Shown piece by piece: positions 18,016 through 28,191 of a DNA stretch of 64,000 nucleotides. Below the pieces are notes generated by a model. The model saw only the letters and a program-made list of their open reading frames with translations, was not told the DNA's origin and made no database searches. Numbering within the stretch: position 1 is the first letter of the stretch; each line of letters begins with the position of its first letter. A program made the position numbers and the translations under genes. The stretch is from a virus, in IMG/VR virus record IMGVR_UViG_3300008110_010375; one strand, written 5' to 3'.

Positions 18016-18497
18016 TCACGTTTAAGAACACGAAGCTCGTCGATAAACAGTCGCTGAAGTACTGCAGGTCTTTAGCAGAATACGTCATGAACAAGTTCTT
18101 CACCAAGCAAAAGCAGTCAAGGATGAAGATCAGCGTGAACTTCGTACAAGGTTTGTACGACAAAGAACACAGCTACGCCGACTGCGTATGGGAAGACGAG
18201 CATCGCTTTGGAAACGAGTTCACGATTCGTCTCGATCCAAAGCAAAAAATTAACCTTCTGTTAAATAGCATCGCCCACGAGCTTGTACACGTTAAGCAGT
18301 GGGCAAAGGGCGAGTACTATGAATTGGTACATGAGCCTAAGGTATATAAGTTCAACGGAAAGAAGGTCGACACAGGTAAGGTCGACTATTGGGATACGCC
18401 GTGGGAGATCGAAGCCCACGGTCGTGCAATCGGGTTGGTCGTACAGTGGAAGAGGGACAACAAGATTCCCGCTTCCAACCTCATCTTAGAAGACTGA
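18012..18497 (+). CDS. zinc metallopeptidase-like protein
   Basis: AHELVHVKQ and PWEIEA. Confidence 0.8.
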   Translation: MITFKNTKLVDKQSLKYCRSLAEYVMNKFFTKQKQSRMKISVNFVQGLYDKEHSYADCVWEDEHRFGNEFTIRLDPKQKINLLLNSIAHELVHVKQWAKGEYYELVHEPKVYKFNGKKVDTGKVDYWDTPWEIEAHGRAIGLVVQWKRDNKIPASNLILED

Positions 18498-18517
18498 CCC
18501 ACAACTAGGAGTAAAAC

Positions 18518-19132
18518 ATGAAGAAGTATTTCATCGTCGCGGCCATGCTCGCGACAACCTCTGCGTTTGCTACGGACTTGCCAAACAAGAACAAAGCGCC
18601 TGCAGCTCCAGCGGCTAAAGCTAGCTCGGACAGCTTGACCGTAACTTACGGCCAAGACCTTGCGACCAACTTCGGCGCGAAGTCGAACGACACTTACGGC
18701 GTGTCTTACAAGAAGAACCTCGGCGGCGGCATCAGCGTAGGCGGATCTCTCTCGACGAGCCAAGCCGCGGCTTCAAACCTCAAGCAGAACATTGAAGGTC
18801 AAGTGGGCTACGCTCTTCCTGCGATCTCAGGTGTCGTTGTTTCAGGTAAGCTCGGCGTCGGTCAACGCTTCACGACCACAAACTTCCCCTACTACGCGGC
18901 ATACGGCAACGCCGACTATAAGCTCGGTCCCATCACCGTCAACGCCGTGCAGTATCGCTACCGTGCGGCTTTCGACGCGGCCAACGACTACACGAGCCAT
19001 CAGATCGGCACCGGTGTGACGTATGACATCACCGACACCTATGCTGTTTCAGCGAAGGTGACCCGCTCGTACGATACATCGCTCAATGCAACCGGCGACG
19101 CGATCTCCGGCGGCTTGACGATTAAGTTCTAA
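18518..19132 (+). CDS. outer-membrane beta-barrel protein
   Basis: signal peptide, TDLPNKNKAPAAP (Omp25/RopB-like), terminal Phe. Confidence 0.8.
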   Translation: MKKYFIVAAMLATTSAFATDLPNKNKAPAAPAAKASSDSLTVTYGQDLATNFGAKSNDTYGVSYKKNLGGGISVGGSLSTSQAAASNLKQNIEGQVGYALPAISGVVVSGKLGVGQRFTTTNFPYYAAYGNADYKLGPITVNAVQYRYRAAFDAANDYTSHQIGTGVTYDITDTYAVSAKVTRSYDTSLNATGDAISGGLTIKF

Positions 19133-20251
19133 GTGAAGCCCCTTTGCTACGCACCCTTCATAGGTCTGTACGCATCTAACAAGGATGGGTACGCGCCCTG
19201 CTGCGTATCAAAGAAGTTCAACGACGCCGGACCGGAGCAATTCTGGTCCGGCGAAGTCATGTCTAGGATAAGGAAGTCCCTCCTGCTGGGAGAGTTTCCA
19301 GACAGCTGCGGCCTCTGCGCAAAGAAGGTGGCAAACAGATTAACCAGCGACGTCGACTACTGGGCGCATGAGTATAAGATGGCGGGTGAACCCGATACGT
19401 CGGATCCGAAGCCTATAATACTCGACTATAGACCATCCAACCAATGCAACTTAAAGTGTAGGATGTGCGGATCGGCTGCGTCTAGCTCGATCGAGAATGA
19501 AGTCGAGGCGAATCCGGGGCTGGCGAAGTGGTACGGAAAGCCTAAGCCTGAGCTTAACATCAACGATAAGATGATAGAATACGTTCAGTCTCTCGACTTA
19601 CTCAAGGTAAAGATACTTGGCGGTGAGCCGTCGATCGATCCCGGTGTCTGGGACTTCATGGCGGCGATGGCGAACAGGAAGCGCAAGCCGACGCTTAAAG
19701 TGACCACGAACGCAACGAGTATAAACCCTAAGTTCATAGAGCTTCTCAAAAAGTTTGACAAGCTTGAGATGACGTTCAGCGTCGACGCGATCGGCGACAC
19801 GTACGACTACATAAGGACCAACGCAAGATGGAAGAACACCGAGCGTAACATCTTAAGCTTCATGTCCAGCAACGACTGCAAGGTAAGCTTCAACGTGGTG
19901 TTGACTCCCTTCAACATCTTCTCACTCGACAAGCTGGTGGATTGGTTCTACGACCTTTGGTTCAGAGGCTATAAGTTCAAAGTAAACTTCGATGATTCCG
20001 ACGACTTGACGACCAGCCTCTCATCGGTTTTAGTGGTGCACGTCGACGACGCCCTCAACTCCTTAAATATAAAGAAGCTGCAGGCGATAGGATCACTCGA
20101 ACTCATAAGCATCCTTGAGAAGTCTGAGTTCGATCATTCCGCGCATGAATCTTTCAAGCGATTCGCCGCCGCTCTCGACAGGGTTAGAAAAACAAGATTG
20201 ACAGATCTAGATTATAGGTTCCATGAGTACATTGAAGAAGCTTCCATCTGA
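19133..20251 (+). CDS. twitch-domain radical SAM protein
   Basis: CYAPF..PCC..CGLC, CNLKCRMC, GGEP. Confidence 0.9.
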   Translation: MKPLCYAPFIGLYASNKDGYAPCCVSKKFNDAGPEQFWSGEVMSRIRKSLLLGEFPDSCGLCAKKVANRLTSDVDYWAHEYKMAGEPDTSDPKPIILDYRPSNQCNLKCRMCGSAASSSIENEVEANPGLAKWYGKPKPELNINDKMIEYVQSLDLLKVKILGGEPSIDPGVWDFMAAMANRKRKPTLKVTTNATSINPKFIELLKKFDKLEMTFSVDAIGDTYDYIRTNARWKNTERNILSFMSSNDCKVSFNVVLTPFNIFSLDKLVDWFYDLWFRGYKFKVNFDDSDDLTTSLSSVLVVHVDDALNSLNIKKLQAIGSLELISILEKSEFDHSAHESFKRFAAALDRVRKTRLTDLDYRFHEYIEEASI

Positions 20252-21617
20252 CACCTTCTGCATCCTACCATGGATACACCTAAGCACGAGACCCGACGGC
20301 TCGATGCGCGTATGCTGCACGGCGAACGCGTCGTCGGTCGGTCCTACGAACGATAAGGTTCACGGTGGACAGGTGGGAATCCTAAAGACCGAGGACGGCA
20401 AGCCCAACAACTTAAACGTCTCCGACTTCCTATCGAGCTGGAACTCCAGCTACATGAAGAACGTTCGCCTGCAGATGCTCGACGGTGAGAAGCCTCCGTC
20501 CTGCCTGAAGTGCTTCAAGGAGGAAGCGGCGGGCTACGTAAGCAAGCGCAAGTGGGAGACTGAGTACTGGTCGAAGCGCGTCGACATCGAGCGACTCATC
20601 GACAACACAAACTGGGACGGATCGGTTCCGCCTGAGCTCATATACATCGACTTGCGCTTCGGCACCAAGTGTCAGCTCGCATGCGTCATGTGCAGCCCTC
20701 ACGACAGCTCGGGTTGGATCAAGGATCACCAAGCGATCTTTCCACAGGTCAAGAACCAAGTACTCAAGCAGAACATGACGTGGAGCAACAAGGGATCTTT
20801 CAATGGATCATCCTACAACTGGCACAAGAACAACCCAAAGTTCTGGGAACAGTTCTACGAGCAGATACCAAACATGCAGCAGATCTACTTCGCTGGTGGT
20901 GAGAGCACCATCATCGAGGAACACTACGATATATTGGAGAAATGCATCGAGCTCGGCCACGCAAAGAACCTCGAGATCAGGTACAACTCGAACTCCGTTG
21001 AGTGGAGGGAAGATCTATTTGATCTATGGAGCCAGTTCAAGCTCGTGCGGTTTCACTACTCAGTGGATGACATCTTTGCGAGAAACGAGTACATCCGCTA
21101 TCCGTCGAAGTGGGAGCGCACTCAAGAAGTTTTTCACATACTTGACACGCAGACGCCCGACAACACCGAAGTGACAATCGCCTGCTCCGTGCAGTTCCTC
21201 AACGCCTACTACATCCCTGAGTTCATCAGGTGGAAGCTCGAGCAGAACTTCAAGAAGATAAACGTATGGCCTCAGACCGGCGGAGGCGTCAACTTTCACT
21301 TCGTCTATCACCCCGCCCACCTCAACGTCAAGGTGCTGCCCAAGTGGTTCAAGGCTGAGATACGTAGAAAGTACGAGGAGTTCATTCCTTGGTGGGAAGC
21401 GAACTGGCGAATGGGAGTGAGAGAGGACATCACCTACGACGAGTGGCGCAACAACAAGTACGGCGTCAAGACCCTGCACAGCATCCTCGACTTCATGGAG
21501 GCCGAGGACTGGAGCGTGCGTCTTCCCGAGACTCAGGAGTTCTTGAAGCTGTGCGACAAGCAGCGCGGGATAAGCTTCGAGGAAACGTTTCCAGAGATGC
21601 GAAATGTCTTTAGTTAA
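20223..21617 (+). CDS. twitch-domain radical SAM protein
   Basis: FCILPW..VCC..CLKC, CQLACVMC, GGE. Confidence 0.9.
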   Translation: MSTLKKLPSDTFCILPWIHLSTRPDGSMRVCCTANASSVGPTNDKVHGGQVGILKTEDGKPNNLNVSDFLSSWNSSYMKNVRLQMLDGEKPPSCLKCFKEEAAGYVSKRKWETEYWSKRVDIERLIDNTNWDGSVPPELIYIDLRFGTKCQLACVMCSPHDSSGWIKDHQAIFPQVKNQVLKQNMTWSNKGSFNGSSYNWHKNNPKFWEQFYEQIPNMQQIYFAGGESTIIEEHYDILEKCIELGHAKNLEIRYNSNSVEWREDLFDLWSQFKLVRFHYSVDDIFARNEYIRYPSKWERTQEVFHILDTQTPDNTEVTIACSVQFLNAYYIPEFIRWKLEQNFKKINVWPQTGGGVNFHFVYHPAHLNVKVLPKWFKAEIRRKYEEFIPWWEANWRMGVREDITYDEWRNNKYGVKTLHSILDFMEAEDWSVRLPETQEFLKLCDKQRGISFEETFPEMRNVFS

Positions 21618-22470
21618 GGACGCGATACGCCAGTACAATGAGTTTTGGACGGGCGACGTCGACCCTGAATTCTATGAGTTCGGCGGGCTTCCGATACCGC
21701 TTTCGTTCTCATGGAAGCGCGTCTGCGTCAACTTATCCGGAGGCGCCGACAGCGCCCTGCTCATGGCCGCCCTGTGCAAAGTCATAATCGACAACGGTCT
21801 TAACACGAAAGTCGACGCCATAAGCTTCGCCAGGTGCTGGAGCAATCGACCGTGGCAGCCGTTCATAGGCGAAGCGGTGTTTAAGAAGATCAAGTCGATG
21901 TTTCCCGACGTGGTCGGCGTTCAGCACAAACCCTTCATAGCACCTGAGCTTGAGCACGCGGCCATCGGCTTCTTGACAGAAGACAACAAGAGTGCGTCGT
22001 CGATAACCACGAGAAGCTTCAACGACTTTCACTGCTTCTACAACGAAGACGTCGGAGCGGTGTTTCACGGCAGGACCAAGAACGCCCGCGACCTTCAAGA
22101 CCATCCGTGGAGGATGCAGGTTCGAGACGATCCACGCGAGGAGGATATGATCGAGCGACTGGAGCACTCGGAGAAGTATGTCTTCAGGCCTCTGCTGCTG
22201 GTGGAGAAGGACTGGGTCGTCGATCAGTACATTAGGAACGATTGGATGGAGTTGTTCGACACGACTCGAAGCTGCGAGGCGAACATCGATGAGTTCAACA
22301 GGGGCTGGAGATACAAAGCGGAAGATCCCATAGTCGAGTGTGGTGTATGCTATTGGTGCGTCGAGAGAAACTGGTCTTTGAAGAAGACGTTTGGATCGAC
22401 GTTGGTCTTCGAGGAAGTGGCGGCGGATAAATACGGTAATGGCCAACCTATCGATAAACGAACTTCTTAA
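21604..22470 (+). CDS. QueC-like PP-loop ATPase
   Basis: LSGGADS, TRSC, CGVCYWC. Confidence 0.75.
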   Translation: MSLVKDAIRQYNEFWTGDVDPEFYEFGGLPIPLSFSWKRVCVNLSGGADSALLMAALCKVIIDNGLNTKVDAISFARCWSNRPWQPFIGEAVFKKIKSMFPDVVGVQHKPFIAPELEHAAIGFLTEDNKSASSITTRSFNDFHCFYNEDVGAVFHGRTKNARDLQDHPWRMQVRDDPREEDMIERLEHSEKYVFRPLLLVEKDWVVDQYIRNDWMELFDTTRSCEANIDEFNRGWRYKAEDPIVECGVCYWCVERNWSLKKTFGSTLVFEEVAADKYGNGQPIDKRTS

Positions 22471-23728
22471 GCCGGGACGAGAGTTTAGATCGGCAAAGAT
22501 AGTTGAGAAGATGAAGTCCGGCAGCCCATTTGAGCTCGACACCGGAACCAAAGTCGTTCTTCTCTATGATAAAAACGTTGAAGACATCCTTCTTGATAAG
22601 AACAAGCTTTCAAAAGCTAAGAACATAGAGTTCACGACCAAGACCAACCAAAAGATCCCGCTGACTAAGATAAAGAAGAACTCTGAGTTTGGTGGAGCTG
22701 GGGGATCAGGATTGGGCGCCAAGGGTACGGCTATCGCGGAGTCGCTTCACGCTCTGTACGCTCAAGCCATCTTCGACTACGGATCAACTTCCGTCGACGC
22801 TTTGACGAAAGCTTCGAAGACGATCGATGTGACCGAGAGTCTGAATGATATGCTCAGCATGCCCGACGACTGGATAAAGTCGGCCGAAGCTTCGGCGAAG
22901 ATAATTCTATCAAACTTCAAGAGCGGAAAGAAGGTTCGCTTTCACCGAGGCTCGAGGTGGGTCAAGGCGCTTGAAGAAACTTTCAACAGGTTGAACAAGC
23001 AGCACGGCTCGTTCTCAGACATCAACAAGTGGTCGCCCGCTGACATATACCTCATCAGTGAAGCGGGATCAAAGATCGACTTCAGCAAGGCGAAGAACCT
23101 CACCGACTTAAACTCAATGATGTTCAGCGCTCTCAAGAGCAAAGACGTAGTCGGCATATCTCTGAAGAAGGTCGTCGGCAACGGCCACCTCAGCTTCTAC
23201 AACGTAGGCGATAAAAAGAAGAAGATCGAATTCAAGGACTACACCGTCGGTAAGACTGGCTTCTTTAATTCAAAAGACACGTTCATATTCTTCGAGGTCG
23301 ACGGACAACTTCAGATGAGAACCTTCCCATCGTTCCAAGGTGAGATCAAGGGTAAGAACGCCAGTCAAGGTAAGATAGGCTACGGCGGAATCGCGTCGAT
23401 CATTAGAACTAAGCTGAACGCCACGGCCCCCGACATCAACGCGACGAAAGCGAAGATAAAGGCGAAAGACTCAGACTTTCTCAAGAGCTTCTACGAGCTA
23501 TACCTAACCTTAAGCAAGGACGGCGGCAAGGTCAAGTACGACGAGTTCGTCAAGAAGTCATACGAACTAAACGAGGAGTGGATGCTTTCAAAGTACCTCG
23601 GCTCCTCATTGATCGACGTGCTTCTCAAGACTAAAATCAAGGACGGCAGGAACCTGTTCGTCTCGGCGATAGTCGACTACGCGGCTTCTTCGACAGACCT
23701 ATCGGGTCCATTCGCTAAGATTCAATAA
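22439..23728 (+). CDS. putative PD-(D/E)xK endonuclease
   Basis: AIAES, NKWSPADIY, GISLKK. Confidence 0.55.
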   Translation: MANLSINELLKPGREFRSAKIVEKMKSGSPFELDTGTKVVLLYDKNVEDILLDKNKLSKAKNIEFTTKTNQKIPLTKIKKNSEFGGAGGSGLGAKGTAIAESLHALYAQAIFDYGSTSVDALTKASKTIDVTESLNDMLSMPDDWIKSAEASAKIILSNFKSGKKVRFHRGSRWVKALEETFNRLNKQHGSFSDINKWSPADIYLISEAGSKIDFSKAKNLTDLNSMMFSALKSKDVVGISLKKVVGNGHLSFYNVGDKKKKIEFKDYTVGKTGFFNSKDTFIFFEVDGQLQMRTFPSFQGEIKGKNASQGKIGYGGIASIIRTKLNATAPDINATKAKIKAKDSDFLKSFYELYLTLSKDGGKVKYDEFVKKSYELNEEWMLSKYLGSSLIDVLLKTKIKDGRNLFVSAIVDYAASSTDLSGPFAKIQ

Positions 23729-23749
23729 ATAGTTTTTTAGGGAACGCAC

Positions 23750-24397
23750 ATGAAGACTTTTACAGACTTTCTGACCGAAGCAGCCGGCGCCAAGCTCAAA
23801 CACCTTGAGCATCCCGAGGACAACGCCGTGACTTCAGCCGCCGGCTTCACCCACGCTTTCAAGGCGCTTCACGACGTTCACAAGGCGCTGAAGGGTCAGA
23901 AGAGCACCTCGCACGTCACCACCAAGCTCGACGGATCGCCGTCGATAGTGTTCGGTCGCCATCCTCAGACGGGTAAGTTCTTCGTCGCATCGAAGTCGGC
24001 GTTCAACAAGAATCCAAAGATCAACTACAGCCACGAAGACATCGATCGCAACCACGGTCACTCACCGGGACTCGCATCGAAGCTCAAGCAGGCGCTTGAG
24101 CACCTACCGAAGGTGACGCCTAAGAAGGGCGTCTATCAGGGCGACTTCATGCACTCGCACGACGACAGGCACGAAACTGACACGCACGTTCACTTCAAGC
24201 CGAACACCATCAGCTACTCAATCAAGAAGAGCTCGCCCGAAGGTCAGAAGGCCGTCAAGTCGAAGATCGGCGTCGCGGTTCACACCAAGTACGAAGGAAA
24301 GAGCTTGGAAGACATGCACGCTACTCCACACGTTGACCATGAAAACTTCAAGCAGCATAGAGATGTACATCTAATCTCTACACAGGCTAAGATTTAA
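23750..24397 (+). CDS. RNA-ligase-like (DUF6267-like) protein, N-terminal half
   Basis: MKTFTDFLTE leader, HLEHPED, KLDG (motif I), YQGDF (motif III). Confidence 0.7.
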   Translation: MKTFTDFLTEAAGAKLKHLEHPEDNAVTSAAGFTHAFKALHDVHKALKGQKSTSHVTTKLDGSPSIVFGRHPQTGKFFVASKSAFNKNPKINYSHEDIDRNHGHSPGLASKLKQALEHLPKVTPKKGVYQGDFMHSHDDRHETDTHVHFKPNTISYSIKKSSPEGQKAVKSKIGVAVHTKYEGKSLEDMHATPHVDHENFKQHRDVHLISTQAKI

Positions 24398-25314
24398 TGG
24401 GTGATTGGTCAAAATTAATAACAGTTAACTTTGTAGGTGGTTATTGTGGAGATTTCATTTGCTCTCTTGTGTATAACAGCTATTATGGCTCTCAAGTAGA
24501 TTTTTTTAATAGTGTAACCAAAGCTAAATTTAGTCCTAACATGGCGAGCTTTAAAAATATAGCTTTTGAAGGTGAAGGACTAAGAAACTTTGATATGATT
24601 ACTAATCTTTATTATAATAATGATTTTTATTCAACGTTCGTTAATGATATCAATAGAGTTAGTGATAATATAGATTTTTTTGATTATGCTTATTCCCATG
24701 TTGCAAAAATTTATAGAACTTGTTATGATCCCGACAAACAAACATTTATTAATAATGTTCTTGACTACTGCAGAAATGTAGTCCCTAGTGATCTAAAAGA
24801 TTTTACAATTATTACTCATCATTCTACTGATACTAGAATTCCAGAATTCAAATTTAGTAACATTTTTTTAGGATCACATAATATTGCTATTGTTAGCTCT
24901 GATTCAAAATTTGACAGATATTTTAGACTTTTAGGATATCATAAGTTTTATAAAAGATTATATACAGATAGAACATTAAAACAAGCATTTCAACAGATGA
25001 GAGCTTTAGAATCAGAATTTTTGATAAGTTGTGAAAGATCTGTTCTTAACGATATGGGTGAAATTAAAATTTACGTAGATAAATTTCTTTTCAGCAATGA
25101 CTTTACATATGTTAAACAAATGGAAGATATATTTTCTTCTATAATGGGAAAGCAAATAGTCTTTAACAAAGATGCTATTAAAACATATAGAGAAAACAAT
25201 AGAAAGATTTATTCACGATACTTAAACATCCCAGAAGATTTTGATCATGTTGATCCAATCAATGTATCAAAGATAAATGCTTTTATGGATGATGTAGAGG
25301 GTAAGAATGTCTAA
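24397..25314 (+). CDS. GxxGxF-family paralogue 5, AT-rich insertion
   Basis: FVGGYCGDF, CYDPDKQTFINNV; abrupt AT-rich codon usage. Confidence 0.75.
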   Translation: MGDWSKLITVNFVGGYCGDFICSLVYNSYYGSQVDFFNSVTKAKFSPNMASFKNIAFEGEGLRNFDMITNLYYNNDFYSTFVNDINRVSDNIDFFDYAYSHVAKIYRTCYDPDKQTFINNVLDYCRNVVPSDLKDFTIITHHSTDTRIPEFKFSNIFLGSHNIAIVSSDSKFDRYFRLLGYHKFYKRLYTDRTLKQAFQQMRALESEFLISCERSVLNDMGEIKIYVDKFLFSNDFTYVKQMEDIFSSIMGKQIVFNKDAIKTYRENNRKIYSRYLNIPEDFDHVDPINVSKINAFMDDVEGKNV

Positions 25315-25849
25315 TTTAACCAAAGAACACAGTGATGCATTTGAACATCACATGGCAAAAGCAAAAGAGATTCATGACAAGCAGCCTCATGACTTTCACG
25401 ACATCGTTGGGAAGCACGCCGAACACATCACGACGTACATAAACCAAACGGTGCGCAGCGGTACGAAGCCGACGACCAAGGGTCTTAGGGCACACATCGC
25501 GGCTAGACACCAGAAGAACATAGACGCGGTCAGCACACCAGCGGCCAAGGCGAAGAAGACGGAGTCGATGAACGCCGATCTCGCACATCACGACACCCAT
25601 GAGCAGCACTTTGTAAACGCTCTCAAGATACACCATCACATCCAAGCGGCCAAGGACATATTGGTCGACGGTTTGAACAAAGCCTCGAAGCAGCACAACC
25701 CACTCGAGCACCACATCGATGGGAAGGAGACGCATCCCGAAGGCTACGTCGCACATCACAATGGACAGTCGATTAAACTAGTGAACAGGGGCGAGTTCTC
25801 ACGAGCGAACTTCGCGGCGACTAAAGCATGGAAGACTGGTCAAAGCTGA
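25307..25849 (+). CDS. RNA-ligase-like (DUF6267-like) protein, C-terminal half
   Basis: PEGYV (motif IV), KLVNRGEFSRANF (motif V); His-rich like the N-terminal half. Confidence 0.7.
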   Translation: MSNLTKEHSDAFEHHMAKAKEIHDKQPHDFHDIVGKHAEHITTYINQTVRSGTKPTTKGLRAHIAARHQKNIDAVSTPAAKAKKTESMNADLAHHDTHEQHFVNALKIHHHIQAAKDILVDGLNKASKQHNPLEHHIDGKETHPEGYVAHHNGQSIKLVNRGEFSRANFAATKAWKTGQS

Positions 25850-26550
25850 TCACCATAAACTACCCGCACGGGTACCATGGTGACTTCATCGCATGCCTCA
25901 TAACCAACACCAAGCCGATTCTCAGCGAGGGCCTCACCGCGACCTACACGACTCCAGAGGTGACGTCGTCGTTCGGTGTAAAGAACCTCGATGCGATCGT
26001 TGGTATGCACCTAAGCATGGACTGCAGGCACGTCTTATTCGATGATGAGTCTGAGTTCGCCAGAAGACAGGTTAACTACTACAGCCAGCTTCACGGCGAA
26101 GACTTTAGGCAGAACTTGAAAGAAGACCTTCGCTGGAAGCTCGATCACCTGCACGGAGTGAAGACGGTCTTCAACACCCACTACTGCAAGCACCAATCTT
26201 TCCTTCCGCTGCAAGAGGTGTTTCCCGGATCCCTCAACGTCTACCTTACGCTTGAGAACCCCAACAACAAACGAATATATGACTTCTTGTTTGAGCATAA
26301 GATACTGCACCACTACAGAAACATGACGGCGTATAGGTTCTATAGAAACCATCACAGCGATCCTCGAGACGCCGAGAAACCCATATACGTCGACAGGCTC
26401 ATGGCCGAAGATGGATACGTGTACGCGAAGATCGTTGAGCACATGTTCGACAGCTGGTTCGACCTCGAGGCCTTAAGCGAATACAAGCGACTGAACAAAG
26501 AACTACTTCTACAGAATGGATACGAATATGAAGCTCTTGATCACTGGTAA
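25828..26550 (+). CDS. GxxGxF-family paralogue 6
   Basis: MEDWSKLITINYPHGYHGDF, NTHY, VFPGS. Confidence 0.7.
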   Translation: MEDWSKLITINYPHGYHGDFIACLITNTKPILSEGLTATYTTPEVTSSFGVKNLDAIVGMHLSMDCRHVLFDDESEFARRQVNYYSQLHGEDFRQNLKEDLRWKLDHLHGVKTVFNTHYCKHQSFLPLQEVFPGSLNVYLTLENPNNKRIYDFLFEHKILHHYRNMTAYRFYRNHHSDPRDAEKPIYVDRLMAEDGYVYAKIVEHMFDSWFDLEALSEYKRLNKELLLQNGYEYEALDHW

Positions 26551-27094
26551 CCCTGAGTTCGGTCTAGCCAGAGCGCTGCATGAGATATACCCCGACGCCG
26601 ATTTTATAAGCAGGAAGACCGGTCACGACCTATGTAAGAAGGAGCATAGGCGATGGGTCGCCGTCGAGTGCATCGGGTACGACGTCTTAATAAACAACTC
26701 CGCCCTACACGAGTTCAACCAGACCCTATTGCTCGAGGAGGTGTACACCGCCGCTCTGAAGTACAGCCATAACCTGCACATCATAAACATCGGCAGCACC
26801 ACGGACAAAACGAACTCATCGCGCGTCTGGATGTACAACGCCGAGAAGAAGGCGCTCAGGGACGTCAACAACACGATGGGTCTCGCGGCAAACTGGAGGA
26901 AGGATGAGGGGCCTAAGGTGACCTACATAAGCTTCGGTACGCTATCGAACAACCAGCACAAGCACCCCGATCGCAGGTGCATAGACATCGAGCAGGCGGC
27001 GAGGTATATAAAGTGGGTGGTGGATCAACCCAAGTACTTGTCTATAAATGAGTTGAGCATCGACAGGATGCAGAGTGACACATGGATCAGCTGA
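26528..27094 (+). CDS. short-chain dehydrogenase/reductase-like protein
   Basis: LITG...GL, INNS, NIGS, YxxxK. Confidence 0.75.
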   Translation: MKLLITGNPEFGLARALHEIYPDADFISRKTGHDLCKKEHRRWVAVECIGYDVLINNSALHEFNQTLLLEEVYTAALKYSHNLHIINIGSTTDKTNSSRVWMYNAEKKALRDVNNTMGLAANWRKDEGPKVTYISFGTLSNNQHKHPDRRCIDIEQAARYIKWVVDQPKYLSINELSIDRMQSDTWIS

Positions 27095-28191
27095 GCTGGA
27101 GCAACTACGACTTCACCAAGATACCGTTCGACAGGATCGTGAAGGTCGGTCAGCGAACGATGCTGTATCGCGATATGTTCGTGGTGAGCTGGATCCTTGG
27201 TAGGTTCTGCAACTACAACTGCTCCTACTGCTGGCCGTACGCAAACAGCCGCACCAAGGATCACCGACCGACCGAGCTCTGCCTCAAGACGATCGATGAG
27301 ATCAAGCGCCAGTCGCGAAGGAACGGCTTCAACAGCTACCACTTCAGCTTGTCGGGAGGCGAGCCGACCTTCCATCCGGGATACCTAGACATACTTCAGC
27401 ACCTAGCCGACGACGTCCCAAACTGCAACTACACCTCGGTCCACATGACGTCGAACTGCTCGCAGAGCATGAAGTTCTTTGAGAAGTACGTTCGCATCGC
27501 GTCGAACTTCAACCGAGCGTCGGTGACCGCGAGCTTTCACAAGGAGCACCTCAACACGCCTGAGAAGGTCGCGGAGTTCGCCGACAAGCTTGAGTTCTTT
27601 CAGAGCTGGGACATACAGGTCACGATCAACATGGTCATGGTGCCGCAGTGGTTCTATGAGCTCTACGACGAGGCGATGTACTTCCACGATCGCGGGATCA
27701 ACGTCACGCTCAAGCCGCAGAGCGACCCTAAGGCTTCGGTCGTCGTTCCGGGATACACCGACCACATGCTGCAGATCCTATGGAACGGGATGCCGCAGAG
27801 GTTCTTCACCGACACCAAGAAGAAGTTCATCAGGCCCAAGCCTAAGAAGCCCTTGGAAGACATCGCGATTGAGAACGACAACAAGGTTCCTCAGGACTTT
27901 CAGGTCGAGCTCACCGACGAGCTCGGGAACAAGTGGTACATGGATCAGTCGGAGAGGTTCAACGCCTTCAACTTCAATAAGTTCGAGGGATGGATGTGCA
28001 ACTCAGGATACCAGTCCTGCATCATCCGCGAGCCCGATGGGTCGATCAAGAGAAGCTACAGCTGCCACGACAAGCCGCTCGGAAACATCGAGACCGGATT
28101 CGAGCTCTTTCCTAAACCGGTCATATGCACGACCAAGACCTGCGTCTCAAGCGCGGACAGCAAGATACCAAAGAGGTTGATGAATGTCTAA
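27082..28191 (+). CDS. radical SAM protein with C-terminal Cys domain
   Basis: CNYNCSYC, GGEP. Confidence 0.9.
   Translation: MDQLSWSNYDFTKIPFDRIVKVGQRTMLYRDMFVVSWILGRFCNYNCSYCWPYANSRTKDHRPTELCLKTIDEIKRQSRRNGFNSYHFSLSGGEPTFHPGYLDILQHLADDVPNCNYTSVHMTSNCSQSMKFFEKYVRIASNFNRASVTASFHKEHLNTPEKVAEFADKLEFFQSWDIQVTINMVMVPQWFYELYDEAMYFHDRGINVTLKPQSDPKASVVVPGYTDHMLQILWNGMPQRFFTDTKKKFIRPKPKKPLEDIAIENDNKVPQDFQVELTDELGNKWYMDQSERFNAFNFNKFEGWMCNSGYQSCIIREPDGSIKRSYSCHDKPLGNIETGFELFPKPVICTTKTCVSSADSKIPKRLMNV

Noticed and set aside
21604-22470. Call as true queC for 7-deazaguanine DNA modification
   Set aside because: The protein is divergent and no partner genes are visible in the window; kept as QueC-like
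24397-25314. Group I intron or homing endonuclease explaining the split gene
   Set aside because: No non-coding space for a ribozyme core and no HNH, GIY-YIG or LAGLIDADG motif
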